62,405 nucleotides of DNA from Euryarchaeota archaeon UBA58. GTDB lineage: Archaea; Thermoplasmatota; Poseidoniia; Poseidoniales; Thalassarchaeaceae. The DNA lies in contig DAHR01000013.1 in assembly GCA_002498525.1 (NCBI GenBank), forward strand, positions 131,809 through 194,213, given 5' to 3'. The number at the start of each line of letters is the position of its first letter. Position 1 is the stretch's first letter. The notes under the pieces are model-generated. The model searched no databases. It had not been told where the DNA came from and saw only the letters and a program-made list of their open reading frames with translations. Below are positions 56,876 to 62,405 of this stretch, piece after piece. A program made the translations under genes and the position numbers.

Positions 56876-59620
56876 TCAGTCCTCCACGGTTTTCGATTCA
56901 CCCGTTTTCGCCAGCGCAGACTGCATCGCGTAGAGTGCCTCCAGCGCCTCGCGTGGAGTCAGTGAATCCGGGTCGAGAGCCTCTAGCCGCTCGGCGATTT
57001 CACGCAGCGCAGGATTCTCCTGCACTATGACTTCGGTCGGCGGAGCACTGGATTCCACATCCCAAGGAAGTGACTCAGCAGTAGAGGCTGAACTCGCAGC
57101 ACCCGTAGTTGGCACCTCCGGAGAGCGCAGCATCCAGCCGTAGAGGCTGGATTGTCCCACAGCCCGCAAATCGGGCGTGCCATCACTGCCTGCACGCGCG
57201 CCCTGAGCTTGATTCTCAAGGAATAAAAGAAGGTCGCGCGCCCGCTCGACAACACCAACTGGCAGACCCGCCAAAGCAGCAACTTGGACACCGTAGGAGT
57301 CGTCACACGGCCCATCTGCAACGGTGTGGAGGAAGCGTATCTCGCCGTTGACATCGGCGACTTGGACGTGGATGTTGACCAAACCGTTCACCTCATCGGC
57401 AAGGCCGGTCAACTGGTGGTAATGTGTCGCGAACAAAGTCCTCGCACCGACCCTCTTGGCGATGTCTTCGGTAACCGACCAAGCAATCGCCAAGCCATCG
57501 AAAGTCGAGGTGCCGCGCCCCACTTCATCGAGCAGAACGAGACTACGAGGTGTCGCTCTGCGCAGAATATGCGCGACTTCGATCATTTCCATCATGAAAG
57601 TCGAGCGACCGCGCCGCAGGTCATCGTGAGCGCCGACACGAGTGAAGACGCGGTCGACGATGCCGATCCTCGCCTTCTCAGCAGGAACGAAGGAACCGGC
57701 CTGCGCGAGAATCGTCAGCAAGGCAGTCTGGCGCAGATAAGTCGATTTCCCGCCCATGTTCGGGCCGGTCAACAACAGGAATCTGCGTTTGTTGTCAAAG
57801 CGAATCCCATTCGGCACGAAACGCCCATCGGCCTCCAGCACTGGATGCCGTCCGCCGATGATTTCCATCGATGAATCCATCCGCAGATCCGGCCTGTTCC
57901 ACGAGCGCTGCCGAGCGTGATGAGCAAAGCTCGCAAGCACGTCCGCGCTCGCCACTTTTCGCCCGATCTGGCTCAGAGTGTTCGAATGTGAAGCGACCTC
58001 GCTACGTAACTCACGGAAGAGTTCTGCCTCGAGCGCTTTAGCTCGATCATCAGCTGTCAGAATGACCTCCTGCCATACCTTCAACTCGTCCGTAGTGTAA
58101 CGTTCTGCATTGGTCAGAGTCTGTCGTCTGCGGTATTCCTCAGGGACTTTATCGAGGTGCAAAGTGGTGATTTGAATGAAGAATCCGAACTGTCGATTCT
58201 GCTTCACTTTCAGGCTCGGAATGTCCAGCCTCTCCCTCTCCCTCGCCTCGAATCCACGCAACCAATCCGTCCCTTCCGCCGCCTTCTGCCGCAGGTCATC
58301 CAACTGCTCGTTGACACCTGTCTGGAAGAGACCGCCGTCGCGAATCGTCGCCGGCGGTTCTGCGACGAGCCGCGTTGCGATATGATGCATCAGCGGTTCG
58401 AGTTCCCCTAATCCTTCAGCGCATTCATGCAGTAATTCGGCCGAGCCTTCTGAGAGCATCGCCTGCAGTCTCGGCATGCGCTCGAGGCAGTCTGCAACCG
58501 CTACGAGGTCGCGCGCATTGGCTCGGCCGTAAGCGAGTCGCGTCGCCAGACGCTCGAGGTCGCGCATCGATTTCAGCGACTCGCGAATCGACTCCAGACG
58601 CCGCGGCGCCTTGACCAAGGCGCCGACAGCCGCCTGCCGGGCCGCGATTTTCTCAGGATTCGTCAAGGGCCGCAGAATCCATTCCCTCAACTGCCTGCGG
58701 CCCATCCAAGTCCGCGTGCAATCGATCGCCTGAACCAACGAACCCTCCTTCTCGCCGGCCAGAGTGTGAGTCAATTCGAGATTGCGTAGCGTTGTCTGGT
58801 CGAGCACTAAATGTCCATCATCAGCATCGAAGAGCACCTCTCGAAGAGGCACGATATCGACGAGGTGCAACTTCGCCAAGTAACCTGCAGTAAGTCCGCA
58901 GGCTTCCATCGCTAGCGGTCGCCGATCCAGGTCGACAGAACCGAGATCGGCCAAAGCAAGATGGTCACGAACAGATTGCAGATGCTGCTCTTTTGTGCCA
59001 TCATGAACACTCAGAGTCACCCTGTCGAGAGCAGCCATAACCGAGCGCAATTCCTCGCTCTCAGCGTCGCGCCGAGAGAGCACCAGCTCGCTCGGCGCCC
59101 AACGCTGCAACTCATCGCAAACACGCTCGATGCGACCCGGGCCGGAATGCTCCTGCAACCAGGCCCGTCCAGTCGAAGAATCGAGGATGGCGACACCGAT
59201 CCCATCGCCACGCGAAACCAGCCCAGCGAGCAGGCTTGAGCCATCCTCGCCAATCAGCCCTTCTTCGTACAATGAGCCCGGAGTGTAAACCCGCGTAACG
59301 ACCCGCTCGAGAATCTTCGCGCCTGGCCTCAAATCCTCTTCCTGCTCACATAAAGTGACCTTGTGCCCCGCCCGAAGCATGCCTTGGAGATAGGCCTCAA
59401 CGGAGTGCCAAGGAACGCCGGCCATCGGTACCGGATTGTCAGACTTCTTGTCCCGACTGGTCAATGTGATACCAAGGACTTCCGACGCCAGAACCGCATC
59501 CTCATGGAACATTTCGTAAAAATCACCCATCCTGAAGAACAGCACCGTATCAGGGTGCTGCGCCTTGATCTCAGCGTATTGATCGAGCATTCCTCGCTTT
59601 GACATGCCATATCCCTCCAA
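56876..59620 (-). CDS. mutS: DNA mismatch repair protein MutS (bacterial MutS1 type)
   Basis: Mismatch-binding N-terminus FFRMGDFYEMF, Walker A GPNMGGKST, the STFMxE motif (RSTFMMEM) and DEVGRGTSTFDG. Its stop lies 2 nt before the mutL start. Confidence 0.95.
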   Translation of the reverse strand: MEGYGMSKRGMLDQYAEIKAQHPDTVLFFRMGDFYEMFHEDAVLASEVLGITLTSRDKKSDNPVPMAGVPWHSVEAYLQGMLRAGHKVTLCEQEEDLRPGAKILERVVTRVYTPGSLYEEGLIGEDGSSLLAGLVSRGDGIGVAILDSSTGRAWLQEHSGPGRIERVCDELQRWAPSELVLSRRDAESEELRSVMAALDRVTLSVHDGTKEQHLQSVRDHLALADLGSVDLDRRPLAMEACGLTAGYLAKLHLVDIVPLREVLFDADDGHLVLDQTTLRNLELTHTLAGEKEGSLVQAIDCTRTWMGRRQLREWILRPLTNPEKIAARQAAVGALVKAPRRLESIRESLKSMRDLERLATRLAYGRANARDLVAVADCLERMPRLQAMLSEGSAELLHECAEGLGELEPLMHHIATRLVAEPPATIRDGGLFQTGVNEQLDDLRQKAAEGTDWLRGFEARERERLDIPSLKVKQNRQFGFFIQITTLHLDKVPEEYRRRQTLTNAERYTTDELKVWQEVILTADDRAKALEAELFRELRSEVASHSNTLSQIGRKVASADVLASFAHHARQRSWNRPDLRMDSSMEIIGGRHPVLEADGRFVPNGIRFDNKRRFLLLTGPNMGGKSTYLRQTALLTILAQAGSFVPAEKARIGIVDRVFTRVGAHDDLRRGRSTFMMEMIEVAHILRRATPRSLVLLDEVGRGTSTFDGLAIAWSVTEDIAKRVGARTLFATHYHQLTGLADEVNGLVNIHVQVADVNGEIRFLHTVADGPCDDSYGVQVAALAGLPVGVVERARDLLLFLENQAQGARAGSDGTPDLRAVGQSSLYGWMLRSPEVPTTGAASSASTAESLPWDVESSAPPTEVIVQENPALREIAERLEALDPDSLTPREALEALYAMQSALAKTGESKTVED

Positions 59621-59744
59621 CGCTAACGCTGCGCGTGGGCCTCGGCTGCGAGCCGAGGGTGCATAAGCAATCCTGCTGCCGCCCCAAAGGGGCGGGAGTT
59701 AGAACGGCAACGGCGAGATTATCTCCGGCAGCCGCTGCCATTGG

Positions 59745-60701
59745 TTGGAGTCGACCAGCATGGGGGAGAATCGCCAACTCGGAATGCATGGTCGGATGCT
59801 GCTGGTCGCACTCATCTGGGGATTGTCTTGGGCCATCGGTCGAATGCTCGCCCTCGGCCTGCCGCCGATGACTGGAGCATGGTTGCGCTACGCCGTCACC
59901 ATGCTCATCTTCTACGCCTGGTTCGCCGCGCGCGCCGCACGCGGACAACATGTCCGCTGGTTGCCCTCAAGGCGCCAATCCTGGAAGACTCTCGCAATCA
60001 TCGGCGTGACCGGCGTCCTAGGCTACCAGATCTTCTTCATGCACGGGATGAAACTCACGGCCGCCGGCGACGCATCATTGATCATCACGTTCAACCCGAT
60101 TTTCACAGTTCTGCTCGCAGCGCCACTCCTCGGCCAAGCCATCTCGCGCAAGATGTTCGCAGGCCTTTTCTGCGCCTTCATCGGAGTGTTGATCGTGACG
60201 GGCTGGAGCCCGAACACCGACCTGCCATTCGAGGAGAGACTGCTCGGTGACGTACTGATTCTTGCTGCCGCCCTCTGTTGGGCGACGACGACGAACATGA
60301 CGCGGAGAATGATGGAGCGAAGGGGTGGTGAGGAGGAAGCGACGACGCTTGAAATCGTGGTTTGGTATTCGCTGATTGGGACGCTGATGCTGACTCCATT
60401 CGCAGCTTGGGAAGCCTACCAACTCGGCCTTCCACAACCCACGACAGGGGATTGGTACGCCATTCTCTACCTCGGCGCGCTCTCTACCGTCCTCGCCTAC
60501 TATTGGTTCGCGATGGGCATCGAGAGGCTTGGTGCGACCGCCGCCGCTTCCTATGTTTTCATCGTCCCGTTCTTCGGTGTTCTAGGCGGCGTTCTTCTGC
60601 TCGACGAGAAGGTCGGTTGGAGCCTTCTCGTAGGCTTCTGTTTGATAGTCGCCGGAGTTCGCTTAGTGCAGGCCGAGAGTGAGAGACTCCGGACCGGTTG
60701 A
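59745..60701 (+). CDS. EamA/DMT-superfamily transporter
   Basis: Ten predicted hydrophobic helices in two EamA-like halves (LVALIWGLSWAIG..., ILYLGALSTVLAYYWF). The start could be an internal Met. Confidence 0.8.
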   Translation: MESTSMGENRQLGMHGRMLLVALIWGLSWAIGRMLALGLPPMTGAWLRYAVTMLIFYAWFAARAARGQHVRWLPSRRQSWKTLAIIGVTGVLGYQIFFMHGMKLTAAGDASLIITFNPIFTVLLAAPLLGQAISRKMFAGLFCAFIGVLIVTGWSPNTDLPFEERLLGDVLILAAALCWATTTNMTRRMMERRGGEEEATTLEIVVWYSLIGTLMLTPFAAWEAYQLGLPQPTTGDWYAILYLGALSTVLAYYWFAMGIERLGATAAASYVFIVPFFGVLGGVLLLDEKVGWSLLVGFCLIVAGVRLVQAESERLRTG

Positions 60702-60774
60702 AGGTGTTATTGCGGACTGAATGAAGCGGTGACTGCAAACGAGATGGGGTAGCCCCTACGGGGCTTCACTCAGC

Positions 60775-60783
60775 ATTATATAC
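60775..60783 (+). promoter_or_regulatory. TATA-like box (ATTATATAC) upstream of the uL16/L10e gene
   Basis: It is centred ~39 nt upstream of ATG 60818, which fits an archaeal TATA at about -26 and a short leader containing GAGGGA. Confidence 0.45.
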
Positions 60784-60817
60784 GGCTGGCAGGTCGGCCG
60801 AGCCCGAGGGAATCGAG

Positions 60818-61363
60818 ATGGCACGCAAACCAGCCAAGATGTATCGCTCGGTCAAGGGCCAGGCCTACACCCGCCGAGAGTACACCGGCGGTGTCCCGAA
60901 CAACAGGATCCTGCGCTTCCACATGGGCAACCGCAAGGCAGCTGAGGCGGGTGAATTCGATGTCGTGGTTCAACTGACTGTCAACAATGCTGTGCAGATC
61001 CGTCACACCGCTCTCGAAGCGGCTCGACAAGTCTCCAACTCCACCATCCGAAACGCTGCTGGAGAGGAGGGCTATGCTCTTCGTATCCACAAGTATCCTC
61101 ACATCATTCTACGCGAGAACAAGCAGGCGACCGGTGCCGGCGCCGACCGTGTCTCGCAAGGAATGCGACTGGCATTCGGCAAGAATGTCGGGACAGCAGC
61201 GCGTGTTCGAAAGAATGACGTCATCGTCTCGATCCACACTTCGGCGGAGTTCTACCTCGACGCGCGCAATGCTCTTCGTAAAGCTGGAATGAAGTTCCCA
61301 AGCTCGGTCACCATCAGCGTCTCCCGAGGTGCTGAGCACCTGCGGGTCAAGGGTCTCATCTGA
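60818..61363 (+). CDS. rpl10e: 50S ribosomal protein L10e (uL16)
   Basis: MARKPAKMYR...YTRREYTGGVPNNRI..FHMGN is the canonical archaeal/eukaryal L10e N-terminus. Length 181 aa. Confidence 0.95.
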   Translation: MARKPAKMYRSVKGQAYTRREYTGGVPNNRILRFHMGNRKAAEAGEFDVVVQLTVNNAVQIRHTALEAARQVSNSTIRNAAGEEGYALRIHKYPHIILRENKQATGAGADRVSQGMRLAFGKNVGTAARVRKNDVIVSIHTSAEFYLDARNALRKAGMKFPSSVTISVSRGAEHLRVKGLI

Positions 61364-61375
61364 GCGTGGTCGGGC

Positions 61376-61954
61376 ATGGTTCCCGGCGACCCACTGACGA
61401 TTCTGCAAGACTCTCTCCGAGGGGCACCGATAATCTGGAAGGGTGATTACCCTTACTTCATCCACCCGATCTCCGACGGCATCCCGCGCATGGATGCGGA
61501 AGTGCTTCGTGCGACTCGTGACCTGATCGTCTCCAGCATTGACTGGTCAGAGGTCGACCTGATCGTCACTGTCGAGGCGATGGGATTGCCTCTGCTCGCT
61601 GCGGTCGGGGATGCTACGGGAAAGCCGACCGTCGTGATCCGCAAGCGCTCGTACGGAATGGAAGGTGAAGTCAGGGTAGATGTCGCTACCGGTTACTCGC
61701 AGTCCATCGTTTACATCAATGACATCAAGCCAGGGGAGAGGGTCGTCATCGTCGATGATGTGATCTCCACCGGCGGCACTCTGGAGCCTCTGCTCGAACG
61801 ACTCGAGAGCATGGGTGTCATCCTGCACGATGTCGTCGTCGCCATTGAGAAGGGGGAGGGACGCGAGCGCTTGAATCGCGAGCGACCAGACTGGCCGCTT
61901 CGATCCTTGGTACGAATCGACATCATCGACGGCAAGGTCGAAATCATCGACTGA
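61376..61954 (+). CDS. hpt: Archaeal-type hypoxanthine/guanine phosphoribosyltransferase (Hpt)
   Basis: LQDSLRGAPIIWKGDYPYFIHPISDGIP N-terminus as in archaeal Hpt, and PRPP loop VVIVDDVISTGGT. Confidence 0.8.
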   Translation: MVPGDPLTILQDSLRGAPIIWKGDYPYFIHPISDGIPRMDAEVLRATRDLIVSSIDWSEVDLIVTVEAMGLPLLAAVGDATGKPTVVIRKRSYGMEGEVRVDVATGYSQSIVYINDIKPGERVVIVDDVISTGGTLEPLLERLESMGVILHDVVVAIEKGEGRERLNRERPDWPLRSLVRIDIIDGKVEIID

Positions 61955-61958
61955 TCGT

Positions 61959-62405
61959 TCACTCGCCGAGTTGCTCTGAGCGGTCGCGGGCGGCGAGGAT
62001 CGCATCGATGACGAGACGGACGTAATCATTGTCACCGAGGTGCGAGATCGCTGCCTCGGTGGTCCCGCCCTTGGAAGTCACTCCTTCGCGCAGGGCGGTG
62101 GTGTCGAGGGGTGATTCGATGGCGAGGCGAGCAGCGCCGAGGACAGTCTGCAGGACGAGGCGCTCTGCCATTTCAGGCGACATTCCCATCTCTACACCAC
62201 TCTCGATCATCGCTTCCATGGTGTGGAAGATGTAAGCTGGGCCGGTACCACTCAAAGCGGTCACCGGATCCATCAATTCCTCTGGGGCTTCGAGCGAGTC
62301 GCCGACCGCGCGAAGCACATAATCGACTCGCTCTACATCGATATCACCTACATTGGCTCCGCGTGAAAACACACTGATCCCTTCACCGACCATCGCAGGC
62401 AGGTT
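61959..62405 (-). CDS. proC: Pyrroline-5-carboxylate reductase, C-terminal part (gene continues beyond the window)
   Basis: NLPAMVGEG, LSGTGPAYIF and VTSKGGTTEAA motifs. The frame stays open to the window edge upstream of the annotated Met. Confidence 0.85.
   Translation of the reverse strand, partial: NLPAMVGEGISVFSRGANVGDIDVERVDYVLRAVGDSLEAPEELMDPVTALSGTGPAYIFHTMEAMIESGVEMGMSPEMAERLVLQTVLGAARLAIESPLDTTALREGVTSKGGTTEAAISHLGDNDYVRLVIDAILAARDRSEQLGE

Overview
62.4 kb gene-dense chromosomal window with about 47 protein genes and one tRNA-Ser(GCU). I found no rRNA, CRISPR array, transposase, integrase or prophage genes. The informational core is archaeal: ribosomal protein uL16/L10e, NMD3, exosome cap protein Csl4, a METTL5-like rRNA methylase, archaeal-type Hpt and bifunctional PGI/PMI. 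It is mixed with bacterial-type modules: gyrB-gyrA, mutS-mutL, sufCBD, ccm heme export, KAS III/FabH, RsuA and RmuC. By inference only, this mosaic, together with huge secreted proteases and adhesins, fits a planktonic Thermoplasmatota lineage such as Marine Group II (Poseidoniales). About a quarter of the window encodes four giant type-I membrane-anchored surface proteins: an RCC1 + ephrin-receptor-like-repeat protein, a propeller + Cys/Asp-repeat protein, an S8 subtilase and an HExxH/PKD protease. Each has a long cytoplasmic tail ending in a small distinct module. The most unusual items are listed below.
- A single ORF fuses Csl4 to a second zinc knuckle, a canonical RRM and an RGG tail. It lies between a METTL5-like methylase and a radical-SAM/HhH enzyme with a C-x6-C-x2-C motif.
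- A thymidylate kinase carries an uncharacterised C-terminal half of about 240 aa. It is translationally coupled to a membrane protein and a glutaminyl cyclase.
- A rhomboid protease sits directly upstream of the single-pass-anchored subtilase.
- An Smr domain is embedded between membrane helices.
- CcmA and CcmB are fused in one ORF.
- A five-gene SDR / LLM / asparaginase_II / ALDH / KAS III cluster has no pathway I can name.
- Several perfect GC-rich hairpins lie in divergent intergenic regions.
All calls rest on motif recognition by eye. No database search or computation was run.
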